A DNA stretch of 35,330 nt, taken from NCBI GenBank assembly GCA_038870455.1, contig JAWCPB010000008.1, forward strand, positions 1-35,330, written 5' to 3'. Position 1 is the first letter of the stretch. Every line of letters starts with the position of its first letter. Below the pieces are notes generated by a model. It had not been told where the DNA came from. It was given only the letters and a program-made list of their open reading frames with translations, and made no database searches. A program made the position numbers and the translations under genes. Positions 1 through 9,470 of this stretch are shown one piece after another. Source of the DNA: Candidatus Micrarchaeia archaeon (GTDB lineage: Archaea > Micrarchaeota > Micrarchaeia > Burarchaeales > JACRGF01).

Positions 1-2
1 GC

Positions 3-980
3 TACCGGGCGGACAGGGAGGTGAGCAAGCAGCTCGAGCGGGTGCTGGGCGAGTTTCCCGCCGGCTCGTGCGTTTTCGTGAGCGACGGCGCGGGCGACGA
101 GGAGGTCATTCCCATCATCAGCTCGCGCCTGCGCATAGAGAGCACGCGCCTCGTAGTCATGCGCCAGGCCAAGGAGCTGGAGAAGACTTATTTTCTGCTG
201 CTGGAGAAGCTCAAGGAACCCTACTACGCGCGCATCATCCTGGGGGTTCCAGCGCTCGTGCTCATCGCCTTCGCGCTCAGCGACGCGCTGGGGTTCGGCT
301 GGAAGCCCGTGGCGGTCGCCATCGGCCTCTACCTGCTCGCAAAGGGCTTCGGCTTCGAGGAGAGCATCCTCTCCACGCTCTCGGAGGCCAGGCTGTCGGT
401 CGAGAACATCAGCTTCGTCATCTACCTCGCGGCCATCCCGCTGTTCATCATCAGCCTGTGGCTGGGCTTCCAGGCCTACACGACCTCGCAGGCGCTCGAC
501 CCGGTCAAGGCGTGGGCGCTGACCATACGCAACACCCTCCTCCTGCTTCCCTGGGCTTTTCTCCTGGTCATGGCGGGCCGCGTCACCGACCTTGTGCGCG
601 AGGGGAAGAAATTCGAGACGGTCAAGTACATCCTTTACGTGACCACGGTGCTGCTGCTGTGGCTTCTCTTCACCGTCGCCAGCGACTGGGTGATGGCCGA
701 CAGGTTCTTCAGCGACTTCGTCGCCGCGATCACCATCAGCGTCGTCATCGCGTTTGTGGGCGTGGAAGCCACGAAACGCATCCGCGCGAGCGTGGCGGCC
801 GGCATGCGGCTGGAGAACAAGGAGGTCCTCACCGAGGTTGGCGCGTACATCGGCAGGGCAGTCGGAGTTGACAGGAGGAAGGGCACGCTCATCGTCCAAA
901 CCTCTCTTGGCCAGAGGCTGACCTACCCGCTCGAGAGCATCGCGGGCATCGGCGAGCGCGTCGTGGTCAGGAGCAGGTGA
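3..980 (+). CDS. DUF373-family multi-pass membrane protein with C-terminal PRC-barrel-like domain (5' partial)
   Basis: Motif VSDGAGDEEVIPIISSR...VVMRQAKELEKTY typical of archaeal DUF373, then about 6 hydrophobic segments. The frame is open to the window start, so the GTG at 21 is probably not the true start. Confidence 0.75.
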   Translation, partial: YRADREVSKQLERVLGEFPAGSCVFVSDGAGDEEVIPIISSRLRIESTRLVVMRQAKELEKTYFLLLEKLKEPYYARIILGVPALVLIAFALSDALGFGWKPVAVAIGLYLLAKGFGFEESILSTLSEARLSVENISFVIYLAAIPLFIISLWLGFQAYTTSQALDPVKAWALTIRNTLLLLPWAFLLVMAGRVTDLVREGKKFETVKYILYVTTVLLLWLLFTVASDWVMADRFFSDFVAAITISVVIAFVGVEATKRIRASVAAGMRLENKEVLTEVGAYIGRAVGVDRRKGTLIVQTSLGQRLTYPLESIAGIGERVVVRSR

Positions 981-1043
981 TGGCACGGTTGTGGAAGCGC
1001 GTCCATCCTCGCGCCCGGCACGCCAGCCCCGGCGTGCTGAAAA

Positions 1044-1382
1044 TTGATTTATTATTTTCTCAACAATCTCTTAGGCATGCGGTTCGAGGCGTGCGAAAAG
1101 CTTTTTTTCAGCGGGCTCGAGAGGGAACGCCTCTACGCTATTTATTCCATGGGATTCGCGCGCAGCCCCAGGGCGGTGAGGCTGCTGGCGGGCGTGCTTT
1201 CAGCGGAGAATGAAACGCCGGCCGCGAGGGAGCTCGCCGCCCATTCACTCGGAGAGCTGGGCGACCGCTCGGCGGTCCCCTCCCTCCTCAGCGCGCTCAA
1301 GCGCTCGCGCGGGAGAGTGCGGGCGGCAATCCGGCTCGCCTTGGCAAAGCTCGGCGCGCTCGAGCACAATGGAAGGGAGTGA
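1044..1382 (+). CDS. small HEAT-repeat (PBS-lyase-like) protein; start uncertain
   Basis: HEAT-like units ERLYAIYSMG, ARELAAHSLGELGDRSAVPSLLSAL and VRAAIRLALAKLG. Confidence 0.6.
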   Translation: MIYYFLNNLLGMRFEACEKLFFSGLERERLYAIYSMGFARSPRAVRLLAGVLSAENETPAARELAAHSLGELGDRSAVPSLLSALKRSRGRVRAAIRLALAKLGALEHNGRE

Positions 1383-1384
1383 GC

Positions 1385-3331
1385 TCACTCGACCAGAGAA
1401 CGCATTTCTCTGAGCAGCTTCTTTTTCTTCGGTACTTCTGCGAGTGCGACCGCGAGCACCTCGACGATGTTCTTCACCGGAATGACCTTCACGCTTCCCC
1501 TTCTCTCACCGTGCAGATAGACGTCATCCTTGTTTGCGAATGGTATGATGACTCTCGCCGCTCCCGCGTCGATTGCCGCCTCTATCTTGGGCGTGACCGA
1601 GCCCACCGGCAGCACCTCGCCCCTCACGCTCAGCGAGCCCGTCATGGCGACATCCTGCGCGACAGGAATGCCTTCCATCGCGCTGATCACGCTGACCGCT
1701 ATGCTTATGCTCGCGCTGTCCCCCTCGACTCCCTCGTAGGACTGCAGGAACTGCACGTGGATGTCATAGCGCGAGACATCCCTGCCGATGTGCTTCTTTA
1801 TTATCGCGCTCACGTTCTCCACAGCCTCCCTGGCGATCTTTCCCAGCTTTCCCGTCGCAATCAATTTTCCCTCGGACTTGGACGAGGCGGGCGTCACCTC
1901 CGCGACTATGGGCATGATGAGCCCGCTGCTGCCGTCGCCCATGACCGCCAGGCCGTTGACTTTGCCCACCGCGCTGCCTCGCGTCACAAAAACCTGGTAA
2001 TCCTTCTTGACGTCAATGTACTGTTGGGCTATCTGCTGCTCCAGCGGCCCGGCGACGCGCAGCGCCTTCGCAATGTGCGCTGGCGTGACCGCCGCCGCGC
2101 CCTCTTCCTGCGCGATGTCGCCCGCGGCCCTGATGAGCCCGCCGAGCTCCCTGAGGCGCAGCGTGAGCCTGTTCTTCCTGCCGGCTTTCCTTTTCGCCTC
2201 CTCTATGATCTCCTCGGCGGCCTCTCTCGTGAAGTGCGGAATCTTGCCGTCCTTCTTGACCTCCTGTGCGATGAACTGCAGCAGCTTCTTCCGATTTTCC
2301 GGGCTGTCGGGCATGCTCTCCTCCACGTACACTTCGTAGCCGTACCCCCTTATCCTGGAGCGCAACGCGGGGTGCATTTTCGCCACATCCAGCACATTGC
2401 CCGCCGCCACCAGCACAAAATCACACGGCACGGGCTCGGTGCGGACTATCGCGCCGGAGCTCATCTCGCTCTGGCCCGTTATGGGAAACTTTTTTTCCTG
2501 CATGGCGGTCAGCAGGTCCTGCTGGCTCTTTGGCGACAGCGAAGCCACCTCATCAAGGTACAGCACGCCCTTGTTGGCCCTGTGGATCGCGCCCGCCTCG
2601 ACTCTCAGGTGCGCGGGCGTGCCCATTCCGCCGCTCTGCAGCGGGTCGTGCTTCACGTCGCCGAACAGTGCGCCCGCCTTGCTTCCAGTCGCATCGACGA
2701 ATGGCGCGCTCTTCTTTCCCGTGTTGTCTATGATGAGCTTGGGCTCGCTCGACTCGAAAAAGCCCATCCTCCTGGAGAGCTGTGTGGTGAAGAGCCACGC
2801 GCTTCCGAGAATGAGCAGCCCCAGAATGGCGGCCGCGATGATCATCTCGCCCTTGCCCTCGGTCGCGTTGAAAACCTGCATGGCAACGAGGAACATGAGG
2901 CCGATAAGAAGAACCATCACGAGCGGGCTCATGCCGCCTCTCGCGCTCATTCGCGCGCGCGCCCTTTCCTCTTCGAGCATGCGCCTTCCCTGCCCCATCT
3001 CGGCGAGTTCTTTCGGAAGCTTTTTCGCCTCCTCTCCCTTAGGATACGTGGGCACCACCTTGACGAGCGGGTTGTTCTCGTCGTGCGGGTTGGGATACAC
3101 GAGCACGTCCTGGAGGCTTTCGACTGGCATGAGCTCTGCCATGGCTTGGGCGAGCATGCTCTTGCCCGAGCCCGGTACGCCGATGAGCAGCACGTTGCGC
3201 CGCTGCTTGGCCGCCTTTTTCACAATCTCCACGGCCCGCTCCTGTCCTATGATCTGGTCTATGAGTTTCTCGGGGACAGGCACCCGGGCTGTTGTCCAGC
3301 CTTTTCCCTGACGCGCTTTTGCCATGCTCAT
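1385..3331 (-). CDS. lonB: ATP-dependent membrane-anchored Lon protease (archaeal LonB)
   Basis: Walker A GVPGSGKS, two TM helices inserted in the AAA+ domain, Walker [20 protein letters not shown], catalytic GDSAS Ser and VTPKIEAA Lys. Confidence 0.96.
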   Translation of the reverse strand: MSMAKARQGKGWTTARVPVPEKLIDQIIGQERAVEIVKKAAKQRRNVLLIGVPGSGKSMLAQAMAELMPVESLQDVLVYPNPHDENNPLVKVVPTYPKGEEAKKLPKELAEMGQGRRMLEEERARARMSARGGMSPLVMVLLIGLMFLVAMQVFNATEGKGEMIIAAAILGLLILGSAWLFTTQLSRRMGFFESSEPKLIIDNTGKKSAPFVDATGSKAGALFGDVKHDPLQSGGMGTPAHLRVEAGAIHRANKGVLYLDEVASLSPKSQQDLLTAMQEKKFPITGQSEMSSGAIVRTEPVPCDFVLVAAGNVLDVAKMHPALRSRIRGYGYEVYVEESMPDSPENRKKLLQFIAQEVKKDGKIPHFTREAAEEIIEEAKRKAGRKNRLTLRLRELGGLIRAAGDIAQEEGAAAVTPAHIAKALRVAGPLEQQIAQQYIDVKKDYQVFVTRGSAVGKVNGLAVMGDGSSGLIMPIVAEVTPASSKSEGKLIATGKLGKIAREAVENVSAIIKKHIGRDVSRYDIHVQFLQSYEGVEGDSASISIAVSVISAMEGIPVAQDVAMTGSLSVRGEVLPVGSVTPKIEAAIDAGAARVIIPFANKDDVYLHGERRGSVKVIPVKNIVEVLAVALAEVPKKKKLLREMRSLVE

Positions 3332-3377
3332 CCCTTAAAGATCGATTATTTGGTTTCTCTAGCTATTTATTATTTCC

Positions 3378-4664
3378 CTAGCCGATGCTCAAATTCTTGA
3401 ACGCGATTCTCGGGGCCGTCAGGCCGAAGTGCCTCTCCCTCTTTTTTTCAATCGCGGTGACGTTCCGCAGCATTTCCAGCACGTTCCCGGCCATCGTGAC
3501 CTCGCTGACAGGCCCAGCAAGCTCCCCTCTCTTGATCTCGAAGCCAAGGTCGATGCTGACGCTGTAATCTCCGGTCACCTTGTTTGCCGTGTGCTCGCCG
3601 AAGAAAGAGGAGACGAAGACGCCGTTCCGCACTTCCTCCACAACATCCTCCACCCTCCCTTTTTCGATCACGAGGTTGCTGGCCCCGATGCCCGGCGCGG
3701 CCGCGTACCCTGTCCGCACGCAGTTTCCGGCGCTCGTGGCCAACCCCTTTTTTCTCGCCAGGCACGCGCCCTTGACATCGAAGAGAAAGCCGCTGAGCAC
3801 ACCGCGGCTGATCAACTCCTTTTTCCTTCCGGGCGTTCCCTCTCCATCAAAAGAGCATGCGCCGATGCCGAGGGCGAACGGGTCGTCGTATAAAGAGAAG
3901 CTTTCGGCCGCGATTTTTTCCCCAAGTCTTCCGGCCAGCGCGCTCGCCCCCCTTCGGACTCTATCTCCGTTCAACGATGGCAGCAGCACATTAAGGAGCT
4001 GGACAAGCGAAACGGCGTCGAACACGGCCGTCCGCACGCCCTTCTCCAGCGGCCTTGCGCTGCTTCTCGCCTTTGCCTGCTCTGCTGCCTTTTCGGCCAC
4101 GTCCGCCACATCAAAGTCGAGAAGCGCGCTGCCGGCGCTCGCGCTGCCCGACTTTCCTCCATAACTGCAGGCCAGGAAAGAAACCAGGCTCGTGCGTTCC
4201 TCGTTCGCAAGAACGCCGTTCGAATTGCAAACCTCCTCGAAGCTCGCGCCAAACTCGAGCGCGCACTCTGTCGGCGAGGCGCCTTTCCGGCTCATGGCAT
4301 CGAACACGGCCCGCATCATCGTCAGCCCGTCTTTCTCCCCCATCCCCGCAATCCGCCGGTCAAAACACCGTGCTCTCCCCATCCTTCCTCTCTCTGGGAA
4401 AGAATAGTCCGCCTTTTCGCAGAATTTTGCGAGCGCCAGCGCCCTCTTCACAGCCTTTTGCGCCTCGCTCTCCTTAGTAAAGAAAGCAAACCCCATCCTC
4501 CCCTCTTTGATCACCCTGACCGCCCACCCCTCGTCAGCCTCGAACTCCTTGGAGTGAATGCGCCTGCCCATGGAGGAAAAGGAATAGCCGGTGCTCTCGG
4601 AATGAAAGGCTTCCGCCTCATCGGCCCCGAGGGAGAGCGCCAGCCTGACAAACCGCTCAATCAT
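3378..4664 (-). CDS. pmbA: TldD/PmbA family protein, non-catalytic PmbA (TldE) subunit
   Basis: GADEAEAF, VRVIKEGRMGFA, FDGEGTP, AGNCVR and TGDYS motifs; no HExxxH. Confidence 0.88.
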   Translation of the reverse strand: MIERFVRLALSLGADEAEAFHSESTGYSFSSMGRRIHSKEFEADEGWAVRVIKEGRMGFAFFTKESEAQKAVKRALALAKFCEKADYSFPERGRMGRARCFDRRIAGMGEKDGLTMMRAVFDAMSRKGASPTECALEFGASFEEVCNSNGVLANEERTSLVSFLACSYGGKSGSASAGSALLDFDVADVAEKAAEQAKARSSARPLEKGVRTAVFDAVSLVQLLNVLLPSLNGDRVRRGASALAGRLGEKIAAESFSLYDDPFALGIGACSFDGEGTPGRKKELISRGVLSGFLFDVKGACLARKKGLATSAGNCVRTGYAAAPGIGASNLVIEKGRVEDVVEEVRNGVFVSSFFGEHTANKVTGDYSVSIDLGFEIKRGELAGPVSEVTMAGNVLEMLRNVTAIEKKRERHFGLTAPRIAFKNLSIG

Positions 4665-5418
4665 AAACCAGCCTCACCCTCCCAGAGGGAAGGAGCACCA
4701 GCACTTCATCAGCGCTCACCCCCCACTTTTTCGCCAGCTCCCTCGCAGCCTCTCCCTTTTCTTTCTCCCCCAGTCTCAGCAGCACGCTCCTGGAGAACCT
4801 ATCCTTGCCCACGCTCTCCGGCGCGGCGATAACGCCGCTCTCGCTGACGCCAATCCTGAGCCCGAGCTGCGTTCCCCTAAACCACCTTCTCTCCCCGCTT
4901 ATGGCGAAAGCCCCCCTGCCCACGTAGCCACCCACGGCCTTCTTGCTGAGCTGTTCTTTTCTCACCGCATACACATCAACGCTCGCCGCCCCTGTCTTCC
5001 AGGCGCTCGAGTAGGAGGCGGCCCACTGCGCCGCCTCCTCGAGAGTTTTTTCCGGCGCGTTCATTCCATTCTTGACCACCACAGCAGGCGCGCCCTGGAT
5101 GTCCGCGTGAAGAAAGAGATCCGTTTCCTCCATGTGCTTTGAGTAAAGCAGGTCATTCTGTGCTGCATCCCTGCCCGCAATGACCAAAAACCCGTCTGTG
5201 GAAAAAAACCACCTGAACTTCTCGAACCATCCCCGGGCGCGCTTGAAGCGGACCGCAGGCTTTTCCCTCTTTTCTTCCTTCAGCCCAGCCAGCTTTCTCT
5301 TCGTTGCCTCGACAGCCTCCCTCGCCCGCCTCGCCTTTTCCCTCAGCTTTTTCGCCCCCTCAAAATACTTGGCCGCGTTCTCGCCTGCTCCCTTTCTGAC
5401 GTCCAGCTCCACCCTCAC
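4657..5418 (-). CDS. short NFACT/Rqc2 (DUF814) RNA-binding domain protein
   Basis: ENAAKYFEGAKK coiled coil, WFEKFRWFFSTDGFLVIAGRDAAQND, FLHADIQGAP, EAAQWAASYSSAWK and GAFAISGERRWF. Confidence 0.88.
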   Translation of the reverse strand: MRVELDVRKGAGENAAKYFEGAKKLREKARRAREAVEATKRKLAGLKEEKREKPAVRFKRARGWFEKFRWFFSTDGFLVIAGRDAAQNDLLYSKHMEETDLFLHADIQGAPAVVVKNGMNAPEKTLEEAAQWAASYSSAWKTGAASVDVYAVRKEQLSKKAVGGYVGRGAFAISGERRWFRGTQLGLRIGVSESGVIAAPESVGKDRFSRSVLLRLGEKEKGEAARELAKKWGVSADEVLVLLPSGRVRLVYD

Positions 5419-5436
5419 AAACCTCTTCCGAAAATG

Positions 5437-5446
5437 ATATATATAA
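5437..5446. promoter_or_regulatory. bidirectional TATA-like element between divergent genes
   Basis: ATATATATAA in a GC-rich background, about 20-30 nt from the starts at 5418 (-) and 5478 (+). Confidence 0.5.
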
Positions 5447-5477
5447 GGTCGCGTCTAAACCATATGCTAATTCTGAG

Positions 5478-6971
5478 GTGAGGGCGATCACCAGCTTGGA
5501 GTCAAAAGCGACATTGTACGCAACATCAGCGGTAGTGCGCACGCTGCTCAGCCGACAGAGTAGGCAGCTCCTCAGAAAAATCCGCGCTTTCGAAGCACAG
5601 CGCATTTACAACGGAAAAACGCTCTTTGGCGAAATAGTGGGCGGGGGCAAGAGCGCTCTCCCACCCGCTGAGATCTACCTTTTCCAAGGCCACTCCTTGG
5701 GAGCGAACATCATCAGCGAAATCGCAAAAAAAGCCGCCGAAAAAGGCGAGTTCGATGTTCGCTACAAGTGCGCCCGCGCGCTGGGGAGGGCGGCACTTCT
5801 CGGAGATCTTGCCTGGAACAGGGCCATCATTAAGGAAATAAGGTACGCGAGATTGGAAGCGTGCGAGCTTGAGCGCAGTCGCGTGCTTTCCGCGGTGCGC
5901 AGGGGAGCGCGCAGGCTCTGGATGAGAGTGCACGACCAAGCCGCCAGGAAAATTATCACCGAGAGCAACTTCCTCCTAGGCGGTACCGGGCAGCAGCTTT
6001 TCGATTTTGTCCTCATGCACGGTGCCTCAGCAGTGCCGGTCGCACAACGGCTCTTGGTGAGCAAGCAGCCATCCGAGAGACTGCTCGGTGCGCGGCTCGT
6101 GAGAGAATTGCGTTTGTACGCGTATGCCGGAATTGCGCTCAGGCTTGGCAGTGAGAGCGAGCACATAATGAAGGCTTGTAGCCGGGCCATAAAATCGGCC
6201 ATCGCGCGCGAGGAATATAGCGAGCTCAAGCGCGAGATCGAGAATGCACTGCGCACAGCACAGGGCGAAGGGGAGAAATACCTCGGCGCGCTGAAGGCAA
6301 AAATAGCGGCAGAGATACTAGCCGATGACAGCCAGCCGCCCGAGAAGCGCGTGAAAGCGGCTCGCTACCTGTGCCATACGACGTTTGAGAGCCCAGCGTT
6401 GGCCGCCCACATCATGACCAAGTTGCTTAAGCTCTATGACAGAGACGACAACCTGAGACCCATAATATCCGGTGTGCTGCTGAACAACAGCTCCTTCACA
6501 AGGCTCTGCACGCCCGACATCGCCGAAGTGCTTGGCGAAGCTGCCAAGAGGCATGCCGAGCTGGTCTTCTCCATCGTAGAGAAGTTTGAGCGCTATTCAG
6601 ATGACACGGTGTGCGAGAACGTGCTTGATATCGTCATTGAGCACGCCCGCAGCTCGGCGTGGGATGTGAAAAGAAAGGGAAGCGAATGCCTGCTGCAGCT
6701 CATGCGCCTTCCCGAAAACATCCGGGAATCGGTCAAACTCGCGCTGTGGATGATCTACAAAAGCGCGGCGGAGAGAAAACAGCAACTCGAAAAAGGGCCA
6801 TCGGGCGCTTTCGTGATGCTCAATCCTCAAAACCACACCGTCGTCAGATCGGGAGGCGACAAAGCCGAGCTCGAATCCATAGCCGGCATCATTCAACTCC
6901 TCGATGCCTCGCCATTCGGAGAGGAGTTCAGGCACAACCTCAAGCTGAACGGCTTCAAATCGCCCTCCTAG
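5478..6971 (+). CDS. hypothetical alpha-helical ARM/HEAT-like protein
   Basis: 497-aa ORF filling the intergenic space, with degenerate HEAT-like units (DVRYKCARALG, SERLLGARLV, EKRVKAARYL, WDVKRKGSECL). Confidence 0.6.
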   Translation: MRAITSLESKATLYATSAVVRTLLSRQSRQLLRKIRAFEAQRIYNGKTLFGEIVGGGKSALPPAEIYLFQGHSLGANIISEIAKKAAEKGEFDVRYKCARALGRAALLGDLAWNRAIIKEIRYARLEACELERSRVLSAVRRGARRLWMRVHDQAARKIITESNFLLGGTGQQLFDFVLMHGASAVPVAQRLLVSKQPSERLLGARLVRELRLYAYAGIALRLGSESEHIMKACSRAIKSAIAREEYSELKREIENALRTAQGEGEKYLGALKAKIAAEILADDSQPPEKRVKAARYLCHTTFESPALAAHIMTKLLKLYDRDDNLRPIISGVLLNNSSFTRLCTPDIAEVLGEAAKRHAELVFSIVEKFERYSDDTVCENVLDIVIEHARSSAWDVKRKGSECLLQLMRLPENIRESVKLALWMIYKSAAERKQQLEKGPSGAFVMLNPQNHTVVRSGGDKAELESIAGIIQLLDASPFGEEFRHNLKLNGFKSPS

Positions 6972-7017
6972 CCACGCGTCACAGCACTGCTTTAAATCCA
7001 GATCCCCAATCTCGAAT

Positions 7018-7398
7018 GTGGCCCAGCCAATCGTGCTCGACACCAGCTTCCTCGTTTCGGCAGCCAAGTACAGGCTGGATTTGCGGGGCGCCCTGACATC
7101 GCTGTTTGGAGCATTTGAGCTTGTTGCCAGCGAGAGGGTCATTGCAGAGCTTTCCGCGCTGGCCTCGAGCTCACAGAAAGACGCTCCGCACGCGCGCGCC
7201 GCGCTCGCCCTGCTTGCAAACTTCCCCGTCTGCGTGGTTCCGACAAACCAGCCCGTGGATGACTGGATTGTCGAGAGCGCCGCGCGCGATCCCTCAGCGG
7301 TTGTCGCAACGGTAGACCGCGAGCTGCGGAGGAAATTAAAGGATTTAAAAGTTCGCGTTCTAACAGTCAAGGGGAGGAAAAAAATCGAGTTGGAGTGA
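7018..7398 (+). CDS. PIN-domain nuclease, Fcf1/Utp24-like
   Basis: IVLDTSFL, VIAEL, VDDWI and VATVDRELRRK motifs; conserved position upstream of rpoE1; TATA TTTAAAT at 6991-6997. Confidence 0.85.
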   Translation: MAQPIVLDTSFLVSAAKYRLDLRGALTSLFGAFELVASERVIAELSALASSSQKDAPHARAALALLANFPVCVVPTNQPVDDWIVESAARDPSAVVATVDRELRRKLKDLKVRVLTVKGRKKIELE

Positions 7399-7405
7399 TG
7401 CGCTT

Positions 7406-9442
7406 ATGGCCGAAACGGTTTCAACAGCGTTGTGGCTTGCCCCTCTCCTATCCCTGCTCGCGCTCGCCTACGGCGCTGCCAGGAGCTGGGGCGTGCTGCG
7501 CGCTGACGCGGGCGCGCCCCGTATGCAGGAAGTTTCGAAAGCAATTTACGACGGCGCGCTCGCCTACCTGAGAAGGCAGTTCTCCACCATCATCGTCTTC
7601 CTGGTCATCCTCGCGCTCCTCATCTACGTGGGCCTCTCGCCGGGCACCGCAGTCGCTTTTGTCTTCGGCGCAGTGTGCAGCGCGCTCGTGGGCTCGCTGG
7701 GCATGGCCGTGGCGCTCAAGGCCAACGTCAGGACAGCCCAAGCCGCGACGCGAGGGATGCAACGGGCGCTGTCGCTCGCCTTCAACGCCGGCAGCGTGAC
7801 GGGCATGCTGCTGGTGGGCCTCGGCCTGCTCGGCGTGGCGCTGATTTTCTACTATTCCTACGCCTCTTTCATCGGCCAGGGTCCTCAGGCAGTTGTGGCG
7901 AGCGCTTCCGAAATACTCGTGGGCTTTGGCTTCGGCGCCACGCTCATCGCGCTGTTCATGCGGGTGGGAGGGGGCATCTACACCAAGGCAGCCGATGTGG
8001 GCGCTGACCTCGTGGGCAAGCTGGAGAAGGGCATTCCCGAGGACGACCCGCGCAATCCCGCTGTCATCGCCGACAACGTGGGCGACAATGTGGGCGACTG
8101 CGCGGGCATGGCCGCAGACGTTTTTGAATCGTACGCGATCACAATCGTGGCGGCCATGCTGCTGGGAGGCATCGCGCTGGGGCTGGACGGCATCGCCTTT
8201 CCGCTGCTCATCTACAGCGCGGCCGTCCTGTCAAGCATTCTCGCAACCTTTTTCGTCAGGCCAAAGAGCGACAGGGAGCACCCTTGGCTCGCCATGCAGA
8301 GGGGCTTTTACGCAGCCAGCCTGATTTCAGCGGTTCTCTTCGTCGCCCTCTCCCTGTTTTTCCTGAATGACTTCAGGCCTGCTCTCGCCGCGATCGTCGG
8401 CATGGCGGCAACCCTCGTCATCGCCCGGCTCACCGACTACTACACCAGCTACAGGCAGAAGCCCGTCATCGAACTCGCCAGGGCGGCCACCACGGGCGCG
8501 GCCACCAACCTCCTGCATGGCCTCGCGCTCGGCATGGAGAGCGCTTTCGTCACAACGCTCGCCGTGGCGGCGGCCATCCTCGCCGGCTTCCTCATCCTCG
8601 GCTATTACGGCATCGCGCTCGTGGGCTTGGGCGTGCTGTCGCTCACGGGCTTCATAATGAGCATGGACACTTTCGGCCCCATCGCGGACAATGCCGGCGG
8701 GATCGTCGAGATGGCGAAGGTTAAGGGCAGGGCACTGCGGGTCATGGCCCCCCTCGATGCGGTCGGCAACACCACAAAAGCGCTCACCAAGGGCTTCGCC
8801 ATCAGCGCGGCCGCAGTGGCGGCCGTGGCGTTGTTCTCAACCTTCTTCGAGAAGACAGGGCTGCAGAACATCGACATCGCTTCCCCGGGCGTTTTCGTCG
8901 GCCTGCTGCTGGGCGGCGCCCTGCCGTTCCTGTTCTCCGCCATCCTCATCAGGGCTGTGGGCCGCGCCGCCTTCCAGATGGTTGAAGAGGTGCGCAGGCA
9001 GTTCCGCACAATTCCGGGCCTCCTGCAGGGCAGGGCAAAGCCCGACTACGCTCGCTGCGTTGACATCTCCACCTCGGCAGCCATACGCGAGCTGACCATG
9101 CCGGCCATCGCCATCCTTGCAGCGCCCCTCATGGTCGGCTTCCTGCTGGGCGCGCAGCCCCTCGGCGCTTTCCTCGGCGGCGCAATACTCAGCGCGCTTT
9201 TCCTCGCGCTGTTTTCCTGCAACGCGGGCGCTGCCTGGGACAACGCCAAGAAATTCATTGAGGCCGGCAATCTCGGCGGCAAGGGCACGCCGACGCACGC
9301 GGCTGCAGTCGTGGGCGACACCGTGGGCGACCCGCTCAAGGACACGAGCGGCCCCGCGCTCAATCCCATGATGAAGCTGCTCAATATAGTCAGCCTGCTC
9401 ACAGCGGCCTATGTGGTGGCCTGGAGCCTGAAATTAGTTTAA
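7406..9442 (+). CDS. hppA: membrane-bound H+-translocating pyrophosphatase, K+-independent type
   Basis: GGGIYTKAADVGADLVGKLE, EDDPRNPAVIADNVGDNVGD, GNTTKALTKG and GDTVGDPLKDTSGP; many TM helices. Confidence 0.96.
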   Translation: MAETVSTALWLAPLLSLLALAYGAARSWGVLRADAGAPRMQEVSKAIYDGALAYLRRQFSTIIVFLVILALLIYVGLSPGTAVAFVFGAVCSALVGSLGMAVALKANVRTAQAATRGMQRALSLAFNAGSVTGMLLVGLGLLGVALIFYYSYASFIGQGPQAVVASASEILVGFGFGATLIALFMRVGGGIYTKAADVGADLVGKLEKGIPEDDPRNPAVIADNVGDNVGDCAGMAADVFESYAITIVAAMLLGGIALGLDGIAFPLLIYSAAVLSSILATFFVRPKSDREHPWLAMQRGFYAASLISAVLFVALSLFFLNDFRPALAAIVGMAATLVIARLTDYYTSYRQKPVIELARAATTGAATNLLHGLALGMESAFVTTLAVAAAILAGFLILGYYGIALVGLGVLSLTGFIMSMDTFGPIADNAGGIVEMAKVKGRALRVMAPLDAVGNTTKALTKGFAISAAAVAAVALFSTFFEKTGLQNIDIASPGVFVGLLLGGALPFLFSAILIRAVGRAAFQMVEEVRRQFRTIPGLLQGRAKPDYARCVDISTSAAIRELTMPAIAILAAPLMVGFLLGAQPLGAFLGGAILSALFLALFSCNAGAAWDNAKKFIEAGNLGGKGTPTHAAAVVGDTVGDPLKDTSGPALNPMMKLLNIVSLLTAAYVVAWSLKLV

Positions 9443-9470
9443 ATAGTTTGCCTGCCATAATTTTTTCTCT

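Noticed and set aside
1385-3331. Intein in LonB
   Set aside because: Length and motif continuity match an uninterrupted LonB; no intein terminal motifs seen
1379-3400. 673-aa plus-strand ORF and other long antisense ORFs (e.g. 11953-12888, 16089-17237, 33274-34230)
   Set aside because: Shadow ORFs opposite well-supported genes, expected from GC-rich codon usage
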